Positions 11,074-19,878 of a stretch of DNA of 64,000 bases are shown here, piece by piece. The stretch comes from Clostridiales bacterium (GTDB taxonomy: Bacteria > Bacillota > Clostridia > Christensenellales > Borkfalkiaceae). The translations under genes and the position numbers were made by a program. The stretch lies in NCBI GenBank assembly GCA_003523255.1, contig DPGH01000012.1, positions 118,759 to 182,758 on the forward strand. The letters run 5' to 3'. The notes under the pieces were generated by a model. It was given only the letters and a program-made list of their open reading frames with translations, was not told the DNA's origin and did no database searches. Position 1 is the first letter of the stretch. Every line of letters begins with the position of its first letter.

Positions 11074-12252
11074 ATGAAAACAGATTATTCCGATATAAAG
11101 TTTAAAGGCGACGGGAGATTGAAACTACTTATAATCGTCGGCACCCGTCCCGAAATTATAAGGCTCGCCGCGGTTATAACCAAGTGCAGAAAGTATTTCG
11201 ACTGCGTACTGGCGCATACGGGGCAAAATTACGATTACAACTTAAACGGCGTGTTTTTTAAAGACCTTAAACTTGCCGACCCCGAAGTATATATGAACGC
11301 CGTGGGCGACGATTTGGGCGCGACGGTAGGCAACATAATAAACTGCTCGTATAAACTCATAAACGATATTAAGCCGGACGCGCTTTTAATTCTCGGCGAC
11401 ACTAATTCTTGCTTATCCGCCATTGCAGCGAAGCGTTTACACGTTCCGATATTCCATATGGAAGCGGGTAACAGGTGTAAAGACGAGTGTTTGCCGGAGG
11501 AAACCAACCGCCGTATAGTTGATATAATTTCCGACGTAAACATGGCTTATTCCGAACATGCGAGGCGGTACCTTGCGGAGTGCAGTTTACCGAAAGAAAG
11601 AACTTTCGTTACGGGTTCACCCATGGCGGAGGTGTTACGCGCGAATCTTACCGATATAGAAAAATCGGACGTACTGAAAAGGTTGAATTTACAACCGAAA
11701 AAATACATTTTGTTGTCTGCGCACCGCGAGGAGAATATCGATACCGAAAAGAACTTTACCGCGCTTTTTACGGCGATAAACGGTCTTGCGCAGAAATACG
11801 ATATGCCGATACTATATTCGTGCCATCCGCGCTCCAAAAAAAGACTTGACGAAAGCGGGTTTAAACTCGACGAGCGCGTTATAAGACACGAGCCGCTCGG
11901 TTTTCACGATTACAACAATTTGCAAATGAACGCTTTCGCGGTCGTTTCGGACAGCGGTACCTTGCCCGAAGAAAGCAGTTTTTACACGAGCATAGGCAAA
12001 CCGTTTCCCGCGGTGTGTATAAGGACTAGTACGGAACGTCCCGAGGCTTTGGATAAGGCATGCTTCGTTTTAGCGGGTATAGACGGCAACGGACTTATCC
12101 AGGCTGTTGATACCGCCGTAAGCATGAATGAAAACGGCGACGACGGCATACCCGTTCCCGATTACGTTGAAGAAAACGTGTCGACCAAAGTCGTTAAAAT
12201 AATACAGTCTTATACTTCTACCGTCAATAAAATGGTGTGGCGTAAGTTTTAA
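11074..12252 (+). CDS. fnlC: UDP-N-acetyl-L-talosamine/UDP-L-FucNAc 2-epimerase (FnlC/CapG/WbjD)
   Basis: LLIIVGTRPEIIRLAAVI, ILGDTNSCLSA and HMEAGNR motifs of the WecB-like 2-epimerase family. Positioned third in a conserved fnlABC arrangement. Confidence 0.9.
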   Translation: MKTDYSDIKFKGDGRLKLLIIVGTRPEIIRLAAVITKCRKYFDCVLAHTGQNYDYNLNGVFFKDLKLADPEVYMNAVGDDLGATVGNIINCSYKLINDIKPDALLILGDTNSCLSAIAAKRLHVPIFHMEAGNRCKDECLPEETNRRIVDIISDVNMAYSEHARRYLAECSLPKERTFVTGSPMAEVLRANLTDIEKSDVLKRLNLQPKKYILLSAHREENIDTEKNFTALFTAINGLAQKYDMPILYSCHPRSKKRLDESGFKLDERVIRHEPLGFHDYNNLQMNAFAVVSDSGTLPEESSFYTSIGKPFPAVCIRTSTERPEALDKACFVLAGIDGNGLIQAVDTAVSMNENGDDGIPVPDYVEENVSTKVVKIIQSYTSTVNKMVWRKF

Positions 12253-12281
12253 CGATTTTTGCATATTTGCTTTTATAAAAA

Positions 12282-13370
12282 ATGAACAAAACACTAAACT
12301 ATTTTTGCGAAAACTATACTTCTAACACGCTTGCGGGAACTTCCGTGCAGTCGTACTTTACGCCGCAGGGAAAGTTAGCGGCATACGCGTTTTATAAGCC
12401 GTTCTTGGCGGGCGAATTCGATTATTCGTTTTTGTTTACTAATACGGTAGACAGCACTTATTCGGACGGGAGCCTGACAAAGTGCAACGACCCTTGCGGA
12501 GAATGGAAGATATTCGATTGCAAGGTTATAATATGTAACGACGTAAACGCCGCGCTTAACGGTAGTTACGATAAGAGCAAGGAATTCGTTTTGACCTTTC
12601 GCGGTAGCCCTGAAAAAAAGGTTTTACCGAACGAAACTTTTTATACGGATTCCGCAAAACTTAACGTTACCGAAAACGAGTACATATGTATTAAAACGGT
12701 TTTCGAGGGGAAAAATATTCCTTGCCATATAGAAAATAAAATACTTACCTATATCGACGACGGTAACGGCGTTAAAGCGGATAAATACGTTCCGCTCCCT
12801 TCTATGATAGGCGTAAAAAGACACGTTAAAAAGAAAATCGCTTTTTGGGGCGACAGCATAACGCAGGGTATAGGTTGTAAAGAAGATTCTTACGCGCATT
12901 ATACCGCTGTCTGCGCCGAAATACTCGGCAACGAGTATTCGTTCTGGAACCTCGGTATAGGTTTCGGCAGGGCGGCGGACGCGGCGACAAACGGCGCGTG
13001 GGCGGATAAAGTTAAAACTTGCGATACGGTTATTGTTTGTTTCGGCGTGAACGACCTTTATAAAATAGGCGATTACGAAAAAATAAAAACGAGTTACGAT
13101 AGAATAATCGGGATACTGAAAGGGAAAAGGGTTATTTTTCAAACCATACCGCCGTTCGATTATCCCGATAACCTTTGCGAGATTTATTTAAAACTTAACG
13201 ACTATATTCGCAAAGAACTTTCAAAAAAAGTTTACGCCGTGTTTGACGAAACGCCTTATTTATCGGATAGCGAAAATCCTTTTGCCGCAAAGTACGGCGG
13301 GCATCCTGACGAAATCGGTTGCAAACTTTGGGGAGAGCGTTTAGCGGACTTTTTAAGGGACAAAATTTAA
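12282..13370 (+). CDS. SGNH/GDSL hydrolase-family protein with a ~180-aa N-terminal domain of unknown function (candidate polysaccharide/sugar O-acetyl esterase or transferase)
   Basis: Block I IAFWGDSITQGIG (GDS(L)), a GxND-like VCFGVNDL and block V GGHPDEIG (DxxH) in the C-terminal half. No signal peptide or TM. N-terminal half is Cys-rich (CNDPCGEWKIFDC) and I do not recognise it. Confidence 0.7.
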   Translation: MNKTLNYFCENYTSNTLAGTSVQSYFTPQGKLAAYAFYKPFLAGEFDYSFLFTNTVDSTYSDGSLTKCNDPCGEWKIFDCKVIICNDVNAALNGSYDKSKEFVLTFRGSPEKKVLPNETFYTDSAKLNVTENEYICIKTVFEGKNIPCHIENKILTYIDDGNGVKADKYVPLPSMIGVKRHVKKKIAFWGDSITQGIGCKEDSYAHYTAVCAEILGNEYSFWNLGIGFGRAADAATNGAWADKVKTCDTVIVCFGVNDLYKIGDYEKIKTSYDRIIGILKGKRVIFQTIPPFDYPDNLCEIYLKLNDYIRKELSKKVYAVFDETPYLSDSENPFAAKYGGHPDEIGCKLWGERLADFLRDKI

Positions 13371-13385
13371 TAAACGACGATTAAA

Positions 13386-13428
13386 AAGCGAACTTTGTTT
13401 TTACGACAGAGTTCGTTTTTTTTTTGCT
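13386..13428 (+). terminator. Rho-independent terminator closing the polysaccharide operon
   Basis: Stem CGAACTTTG/CAGAGTTCG (one mismatch), a 9-nt loop, followed by T9 (13416-13424). Confidence 0.7.
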
Positions 13429-13596
13429 TTTCGGCTTTTATGTTTAAAACCGACGGGTTTTGCTTACCGCCGTTATTTACCGCGATAAAAACGTTGTTAA
13501 ATTTATAAAAACAATCATAACGCTTTAAAAAGACACAAGACATATAGGGTAAACGGTAGTAAAATTTAATCGTAAAAGTATACTTGCGGGTAAATT

Positions 13597-13640
13597 TTTA
13601 GTCTTAATTTATAACTAAAATCTCCTATTAGGAGAATTAC
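13597..13640. promoter_or_regulatory. Two adjacent short inverted repeats (TTTTAGT-N11-ACTAAAA and TCTCCTA/TTAGGAGA palindrome) in the AT-rich intergenic region
   Basis: Perfect 7-nt arms read directly from the sequence. Candidate regulator binding sites upstream of the 14093 operon. Confidence 0.3.
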
Positions 13641-13775
13641 AAAGTAAATTTTACTCTTAGTTCGGGGTTGAAACGGTAAAAAAGTTATTGTATAATTAGA
13701 TAAACAAAGAATAAACGAAAATTATAAAAAAAACGAGCCATAATACGTATAAACGGTAAAAATAAAATTAAAAAA

Positions 13776-13815
13776 TATCAGATATATGTATTTTGTGCCA
13801 TTTTGTATCAGATAT
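13776..13815. promoter_or_regulatory. Direct repeat TATCAGATAT x2 (13776-13785 and 13806-13815) with internal ATTTTGT x2
   Basis: Exact 10-nt direct repeat spaced 30 nt, about 150 nt upstream of the small ORF and operon start. Plausible response-regulator-type tandem site or promoter-proximal element. Confidence 0.3.
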
Positions 13816-13959
13816 TATATTGCGGGAGTAAAATGCTATTATTAGATAGCGAAATATAGTTTAACCGCCGCGAGAGGGCGCTTTAAAGGCTTGAGATAAA
13901 AAAACAATACGGCAACGCCGTTTTATATATAAATATATTTTATAAGGAGTGTGTTTTTG

Positions 13960-14082
13960 ATGAAAAAACTATACGAACAACCGACAATCAAAATGACAGT
14001 TTTGCCTACGTGCGACGTGTTAAGCATATCGCCGACTTTCGACGATAAGAACTATTTGAAAGAAGAATGGTTCGATTTATAA
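13960..14082 (+). CDS. Unannotated small ORF (40 aa): MKKLYEQPTIKMTVLPTCDVLSISPTFDDKNYLKEEWFDL
   Basis: AAGGAG 10 nt upstream of the ATG. Ends 10 nt before the RBS of the 1006-aa secreted protein gene. Below the 60-aa cutoff of the ORF track. No homology assignable from memory. Confidence 0.4.
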   Translation: MKKLYEQPTIKMTVLPTCDVLSISPTFDDKNYLKEEWFDL

Positions 14083-14092
14083 GGGGGAAATT

Positions 14093-17000
14093 ATGAAAAC
14101 GAAAAGAATCACATTATTGCTTGCTATAATAGCGTTTTGCGCTTTTAGCCTTGCGCTGTCCTTTTCCGTCGTAAACAAAACCCGTGCGGAAGAGGTTACC
14201 GCCGCCGAGGGTATCGTGATGACGGAAGGCGCTTCCGTCCGGTACGACGCGGAAGAACCCGGCATAAGATTTACGACCGAAATGACTAAATCTTATTATG
14301 ACGAACTCGTTGCCGCCGCTACCGACGGCAAGGTCGATTTTTATACGATAATCACCGTAAACGGCAATACCGAAAAGTCCGCCCGCATAAACCACGAGCG
14401 CACGCTTCGGTTTGAAAACGGCGTTGCGACTTTTCAAGCCGCGCAACTTATAAAGCTTGTAAACCGCGAACTTACCGCCGAAGAGCGTAAAAAAGCCGCG
14501 GCGTTTGAGTTTACTGCGGACTTTTACGCGGAATACATAAATGCGAAAGGTGAAACCGTTACCGTTAAAGCGGACAAAAGCGGCGTTACGCGTTCTATGA
14601 GAGGCGTAGCAAGCTACGCGCTTTTAAACGGCAACGTAACGGACGAAAATAAAATAAACATGCTTAAAGGCTACCTCGGCACCGTTACCGAAAATACCGA
14701 AGTAAGGTATGCAGACCTTTCGGATAAATCCAAAGTAGACCTCGGTTTAGAGAGCGGTGCGGTATATTTAACCGCACAAAAAGCGGGCGATATAACGGAC
14801 GGCGTTGTAGACCTCTCCGCAGAAAATATTAAAACGGGTGTCGAAACGACCGTTTCCGTTTTCGACGCGGACAACAACGTTACCCGTTACAAATATATCT
14901 TTGCAGATAAAATAATCACCAAGGCAGAAGATTTGGCGGTTTTTGCGATAGCAGATCATAAAACGTACAAAAACGAAGGTTATTATATACTCGGTAATGA
15001 TATCGACGCGACGGGTTATACTCACAAACACGGTGCTTGGCTCGGTTGGGGAGAGAATCAACCCGGTTTTGAGGGCACCTTTGACGGCAGGGGGTATACG
15101 ATAAATAATCTTTCTATCGGTGCTTTCGGCTTATTCGGTTATATAAGACCGCATACCGTGCTTAAAAACTTTGCGCTGGTAAATATGAAACCCGTTCTTT
15201 CCCGCAGCGACGGCGTTGACGCCTTCGGCGGGCTTGCGTACATAGCGTATTCCACGCCGACGGCTTATCCCACGCTTGAAAACATTTATTTATCGTCGAG
15301 TTTTTTCCTTGACGACTACGTAATAACTTCGGGCAAGACTCAAGGTAAAACCCAAACGATAATAAGCTCTATGGTGTTTAGCGCGACTTGGGGTTACGAG
15401 CAAATTAAAAACTGTATATTCGAGTATACGGGAGACGTTGCAACCGGCGGGCGCGGCATATATTCCGGACTTCTCCAAGGCGGAAAGGACAAAATTACCG
15501 TTTTAGATTCGTTCGTAATAGGTAAAAACCCGGTCGTTCAAACCAAAAGCAACGATGTATACGACAGTGCGAACAATATAACCGAGGGTAGCGGTGCTAC
15601 CGTTTATCCGCTTACCCGTTACAGCGACTATGCCGGATTAACGGCGAACGTAACCGATTTCAGTTCGTTTGATACCGCTTACTGGGATATATCTAACGGC
15701 GCGCCTGTATTTAAGGGAGCGCAAAAGTATCTGAGTAAGCCCTACGTAACTATCGGCGGCAATACGGCGGCGAATTACGAACTCGGTATAAACGACGTAA
15801 AAACTCTCGGCGTAACTGCGTTTATCGGCGAGTTGAACGACGTAACTTATACCGTTACTTCGGGTAGCGAATACGTTACCGTAAGCGACGGAAATATAAC
15901 GGGCGTTGCGGTGGGCGATGCCGTAATTACCGCGCAATATACCCTCGGCGGCGAAGTTATGACCTCGTCGATAAACGTAACGGTCGTTCCCACCATAATA
16001 GAGGTAACGACTCCGTTAGAATTCAGTATGGCAGACGGAACGTTAACCGCGGCGGATAAAATCGCGATATTCGGAAACTCGGATATAGAGATACTTTCGG
16101 TAAACTGTTTTGACGCTTCGGTTGCGCTCTCTATTGCAGACGGCGTAATAACGGGCTTCCCCGAGTATACAGCAAAAAGCACGCCTAAAACGTATGCGGT
16201 TTCTTTCACGACCGCAGAGGCAATATATAAAGTAAACGTTACGCCGTATACGAAGATAATAAGGACTGCTGCGGATTTATCGGTGTTTAATTTCCCCGGT
16301 CATGACGGATACAAAAACGAAGGGTACTACGTACTCGGCAACAATATAGACGCGTCCGGGTATCTTCATAAACATACCACGGCGGCGGGTAATCCGACGT
16401 ATATAGACTGGAACACCAAAGGTACAACCGGGTTTGAGGGAACGATTGACGGCAGGGGTTACACGATAAGCAATATCACAATCGGTACAGGCGGATTGTT
16501 AGGGTATATAAGACCGAAGACGGTGCTTAAAAACTTTGCGATAACCGGCATAACGTTCCAAAGGACGCACGGAAACGGCGACCCGCTTACGGCGGCACTT
16601 GCTAAAATAATGTATTCTACGAAAGACAGTTATCCTATACTTGAAAATCTGTATATACAGGCAAACGCATTTATCGGCGGGGCGGATACGAACAGCAACC
16701 TTGTGGTAAACTGCACAACGGGTTATGAGAAAATCGTAAACTGCATATTCGAGTATTCGGGTGTAAAAGATACCACCGCAGGGCACGGAACGTATGCATC
16801 GCAAATAGCGGACAGAAACGTTACCGGGTTTAAGATTGAAAATTCTTACGTTATTTCGTTAAACCCCGTAGCGTGCGGCGGCAAAACCAACCCCGTATAC
16901 GACAGCGCGAACAAAATCGAGGCGACGACAGCGGAGTATACGGCGTTGTATCCGGATGGCTCAACGTTTCCTAAAAAGGATTTCTATACGGTTGAACTTA

Positions 17001-17113
17001 CTCGCTACGACGACTATACGGAACTTACCGCAAACGTAACCGACTTCAGTTCGTTCAGCGCTGATTACTGGGATATTTCAGCAGCGGGTTACCCCGTATG
17101 GAAAACAAAGTAA
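14093..17113 (+). CDS. Large secreted multi-domain protein (1006 aa) with two copies of a GLUG-like (GGLxGY) module and a bacterial Ig-like (Big_2-like) domain; paralog of 25925..29299
   Basis: Signal peptide MKTKRITLLLAIIAFCAFSLALSFS. Internally repeated ~150-aa module (KNEGYYILGNDIDATGY...FEGTFDGRGYTINNLSIGAFGLFGYI and KNEGYYVLGNNIDASGY...FEGTIDGRGYTISNITIGTGGLLGYI). Ig-like segment TYTVTSGSEYVTVSDGNITGVAVGDAVITAQYTLGG. AGGGGGA RBS. Confidence 0.7.
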   Translation: MKTKRITLLLAIIAFCAFSLALSFSVVNKTRAEEVTAAEGIVMTEGASVRYDAEEPGIRFTTEMTKSYYDELVAAATDGKVDFYTIITVNGNTEKSARINHERTLRFENGVATFQAAQLIKLVNRELTAEERKKAAAFEFTADFYAEYINAKGETVTVKADKSGVTRSMRGVASYALLNGNVTDENKINMLKGYLGTVTENTEVRYADLSDKSKVDLGLESGAVYLTAQKAGDITDGVVDLSAENIKTGVETTVSVFDADNNVTRYKYIFADKIITKAEDLAVFAIADHKTYKNEGYYILGNDIDATGYTHKHGAWLGWGENQPGFEGTFDGRGYTINNLSIGAFGLFGYIRPHTVLKNFALVNMKPVLSRSDGVDAFGGLAYIAYSTPTAYPTLENIYLSSSFFLDDYVITSGKTQGKTQTIISSMVFSATWGYEQIKNCIFEYTGDVATGGRGIYSGLLQGGKDKITVLDSFVIGKNPVVQTKSNDVYDSANNITEGSGATVYPLTRYSDYAGLTANVTDFSSFDTAYWDISNGAPVFKGAQKYLSKPYVTIGGNTAANYELGINDVKTLGVTAFIGELNDVTYTVTSGSEYVTVSDGNITGVAVGDAVITAQYTLGGEVMTSSINVTVVPTIIEVTTPLEFSMADGTLTAADKIAIFGNSDIEILSVNCFDASVALSIADGVITGFPEYTAKSTPKTYAVSFTTAEAIYKVNVTPYTKIIRTAADLSVFNFPGHDGYKNEGYYVLGNNIDASGYLHKHTTAAGNPTYIDWNTKGTTGFEGTIDGRGYTISNITIGTGGLLGYIRPKTVLKNFAITGITFQRTHGNGDPLTAALAKIMYSTKDSYPILENLYIQANAFIGGADTNSNLVVNCTTGYEKIVNCIFEYSGVKDTTAGHGTYASQIADRNVTGFKIENSYVISLNPVACGGKTNPVYDSANKIEATTAEYTALYPDGSTFPKKDFYTVELTRYDDYTELTANVTDFSSFSADYWDISAAGYPVWKTK

Positions 17114-17130
17114 AGTAAAAACTTTAAGCG

Positions 17131-17162
17131 GCGGTAAGCGGGCATAGCCACCCGCTTACCGC
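17131..17162 (+). other. Perfect 12-bp stem-loop (GCGGTAAGCGGG / CCCGCTTACCGC, 8-nt loop) between the secreted protein gene and the SBP gene
   Basis: Read directly. No downstream U-run, so more likely a partial terminator, RNA-processing or stability element giving differential expression within the operon. Confidence 0.45.
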
Positions 17163-17198
17163 ACCTTTAAGATAAAAAACAAATTCGGAGGAATTATA

Positions 17199-18938
17199 AT
17201 GAAAAAATTTTTTGCACTACTTTTATGTTTATTTACAGCGTTCTCCGTTACGGCATGCGGCTCGGCTGAAGAAGAGGATAACTCTACGACTACCGTTATC
17301 ACCGTACACAATTACAACGGCGGCGTAGGCAACAAATGGCTTGAAGACGCAGCCGCACGCTTTACCGCGCTTAAAACCGCCGACAGCTACGAAGAGGGTA
17401 AAACCGGCGTAAAAATCAATATCGTCGGCAACCAGCAGTCGGAACTCAGCACCATGGCGACTTCCGGTTACAACATGTTCTTTTTCGAGCAGCATTACGA
17501 TATAAGAAATCTTTCTCAAGGCGAAAAACTTCTTGATGTATCCGACGTGCTTACCGAAAAAAGCAACGACGAGCGCGACGGGGTAAAAGTTTCTATCGAA
17601 GATAAAATTCCCGAAGAGTACAGAAGCACTCTTAAAGGCGCGGACGGCAAATATTACGGCTTGCCGCATTACGCCTGGTATCCCGGTCTTACTTACGACA
17701 GAGAATTATTCGACAAATATAATTTCTATTTTGCCGCACCCGATGAAGCGAATAAACAAAAAATCGAAACGCAATTCGGCGGCGAGCATTACTTTATTGC
17801 CGACAAAAACGGCAAAAAGAGTTGCGGTTCCGACGGCAAATACGGCACTGCGGACGACGGACTTCCCTCGTCGGTAGAAGAATTTTTGGTTCTTTGCGCG
17901 TATATGAAAACCACGTACGGCGTTCAACCCGTTACTATGGCGGGTATGTATAAGTATTATTCTAACTATCTGGTTGAGGGGCTTTGGGCTTCGCTTTCCG
18001 GCGGGGAACAAATGAAAGTAAACTACACCTTTACCGGCGACGTAGACGTTGTAACCGGTTATACAAACGAAAACCTTTTTGAGGGTATAGACTACGTTAA
18101 AAAACCGATAGTGGAAACAAAGTCCGTTACCGAGGCGACCGGCTATCTCGCGTACGATTCCGTTTATCGTTACTATGCGGCTTCGCTCGTTAAAATACTC
18201 GAAAAAGAAAAGTTCTTCTCAAGCGACGCGACTATGGGCTCCGTTTCTCACACCACCGCGCAGGGCGACTTTATATTCAGCGGCAAGGCGCAAATGCCCA
18301 AAACCGCAATGCTTATAGAAGGTACCTACTGGTATAACGAAACCGAAGAAAAGGCTAACAACTTAACCGACTACTATTCCGACCCGAGAAATACCGAAAG
18401 GGACGTAAGGTGGATGAATTTACCGACCATTATAAGCGGCTCTGCCAAGCCCGTAGCGGACGACGCCCCCGCGAGAAAGAACACCGCGGTAGAAACTGGC
18501 GGTGCGTACCTTGTGGTAAATGCGAATATAGAAGGCAAAACCGGACTTATAAACGCTATTAAAGACTTTATCAAGTTCCTATACACCGACAGCGAACTCG
18601 AAGCGTTTACCGTTTCTACCGGTATACCCAAGGCTATGCTCGATTACGAAGTAAGCGACGCTAAAATCGCGGACCTTCCCGAGTTCAAAAAATCGGTTAT
18701 TAACTTTGCAAAAACGAGCGATGTAGTTTACGGCGCGGCGGATAACGAAACTTTCCTTAAAAACGGCAACGACGTGTTTAAGGTAAGGGTAAACGCACCC
18801 GTATTCGTACCCAAATACAAAAACGTATCTTACATGAGTTATTTCCAGGCGTATGAAAACGGCGCAACCGCGCAAGACGTATTCGAAGCCACGAGAATAA
18901 GCGCAGAGGGCTGGAAGGCGTATTATGTCGGCAATTAA
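17199..18938 (+). CDS. Extracellular solute-binding lipoprotein of a carbohydrate ABC transporter (LplA-like, family-1 SBP, unusually long at 579 aa)
   Basis: Lipoprotein signal with lipobox FSVTAC|G, followed by a Ser/Glu-rich linker. Size and context with two LplB/LplC-like permeases immediately downstream. Confidence 0.7.
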   Translation: MKKFFALLLCLFTAFSVTACGSAEEEDNSTTTVITVHNYNGGVGNKWLEDAAARFTALKTADSYEEGKTGVKINIVGNQQSELSTMATSGYNMFFFEQHYDIRNLSQGEKLLDVSDVLTEKSNDERDGVKVSIEDKIPEEYRSTLKGADGKYYGLPHYAWYPGLTYDRELFDKYNFYFAAPDEANKQKIETQFGGEHYFIADKNGKKSCGSDGKYGTADDGLPSSVEEFLVLCAYMKTTYGVQPVTMAGMYKYYSNYLVEGLWASLSGGEQMKVNYTFTGDVDVVTGYTNENLFEGIDYVKKPIVETKSVTEATGYLAYDSVYRYYAASLVKILEKEKFFSSDATMGSVSHTTAQGDFIFSGKAQMPKTAMLIEGTYWYNETEEKANNLTDYYSDPRNTERDVRWMNLPTIISGSAKPVADDAPARKNTAVETGGAYLVVNANIEGKTGLINAIKDFIKFLYTDSELEAFTVSTGIPKAMLDYEVSDAKIADLPEFKKSVINFAKTSDVVYGAADNETFLKNGNDVFKVRVNAPVFVPKYKNVSYMSYFQAYENGATAQDVFEATRISAEGWKAYYVGN

Positions 18939-19866
18939 AAACGAGGCAAAAACTATTTTTAACAGCAAAAGGCAACTGCACAGATTTTTATTCTGGTTAA
19001 GCATAGTCGTTTTGCCGCTTATACAGTTTTGCGTGTTTTACGTTTACGTAAACTTTAACATGATTGTAATGTCCTTTCAGCACTTCGAGGCTAAAACGGA
19101 CGCGTTAGGTTACGTAGTAAATTTTGCGGGATTAGAAAACTTTAAAGCGGCTTGGCAGTTCCTCGGCGCAAATCTTTACATGATTAAAAATTCGCTGATA
19201 TACTTCGTGTTCTGCACGTTGCTGACTATGGCGTTCTCGCTATGCTTTTCGTTCTATATCTATAAACAGTTTTTCGCTTCTAAGTTCTTTAAGGTGATGC
19301 TGTTTATGCCGCAAATCGTTTCAAGCGTGGTATTCGCGTTGCTGTTTAAGTATATCGTTACCGACGTTTACATAGGTATCGTCGGCGGCGAAAACGTTAT
19401 AGGGCTTTTGGATAACCCCGCAACGCGTTTCGGTACGGTGCTGTTTTACAACGTATGGATGGGCTTCGGCGTAAACATATTGCTGTTCAGCGGCGCGATG
19501 AGCGGTATAAACGAATCTATAGTAGAATCCGCCGAGATAGACGGCGCTACGCATTTAAGAGAATTCGTAAGTATAACCATACCTATGATATTCCCGACGA
19601 TTAAGTCGCTTTTGGTTCTCGGCATAGTCGGCGTGTTTACCAACCAGATGAATTTATTTACCCTTTTCGACAATCAGGCGGGGGACGTGTCTACGTTAGG
19701 TTACAGCATTTACCTGCAATCGGTACGAGCGGACATAATAAACAAAGACCCCAACAATCTCGACTTTTCGCAGTTGTCGGCTCTCGGTATAATCTTAACG
19801 CTTATACTTGTACCGATAACCACGGGCATTAAAAAACTGCTCGATAAGTACGGGGCAAGCGTGTAG
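18925..19866 (+). CDS. Carbohydrate ABC transporter permease (LplB-like, MalF/UgpA class)
   Basis: 6 TM segments. EAA-loop-like region ESAEIDGATHLREFVSITIPMIFP. 14-nt overlap with the SBP gene. Confidence 0.8.
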   Translation: MSAIKNEAKTIFNSKRQLHRFLFWLSIVVLPLIQFCVFYVYVNFNMIVMSFQHFEAKTDALGYVVNFAGLENFKAAWQFLGANLYMIKNSLIYFVFCTLLTMAFSLCFSFYIYKQFFASKFFKVMLFMPQIVSSVVFALLFKYIVTDVYIGIVGGENVIGLLDNPATRFGTVLFYNVWMGFGVNILLFSGAMSGINESIVESAEIDGATHLREFVSITIPMIFPTIKSLLVLGIVGVFTNQMNLFTLFDNQAGDVSTLGYSIYLQSVRADIINKDPNNLDFSQLSALGIILTLILVPITTGIKKLLDKYGASV

Positions 19867-19878
19867 GAGGAGCAAAAA

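Noticed and set aside
14114-16804. Antisense ORFs (14114..14446, 14768..15061, 15638..16209, 16499..16804) and 22284..22466 (+) inside the giant surface-protein genes
   Set aside because: They overlap long ORFs with signal peptides and a repeated domain architecture. Arg-rich or odd translations typical of GC-skewed antisense frames.
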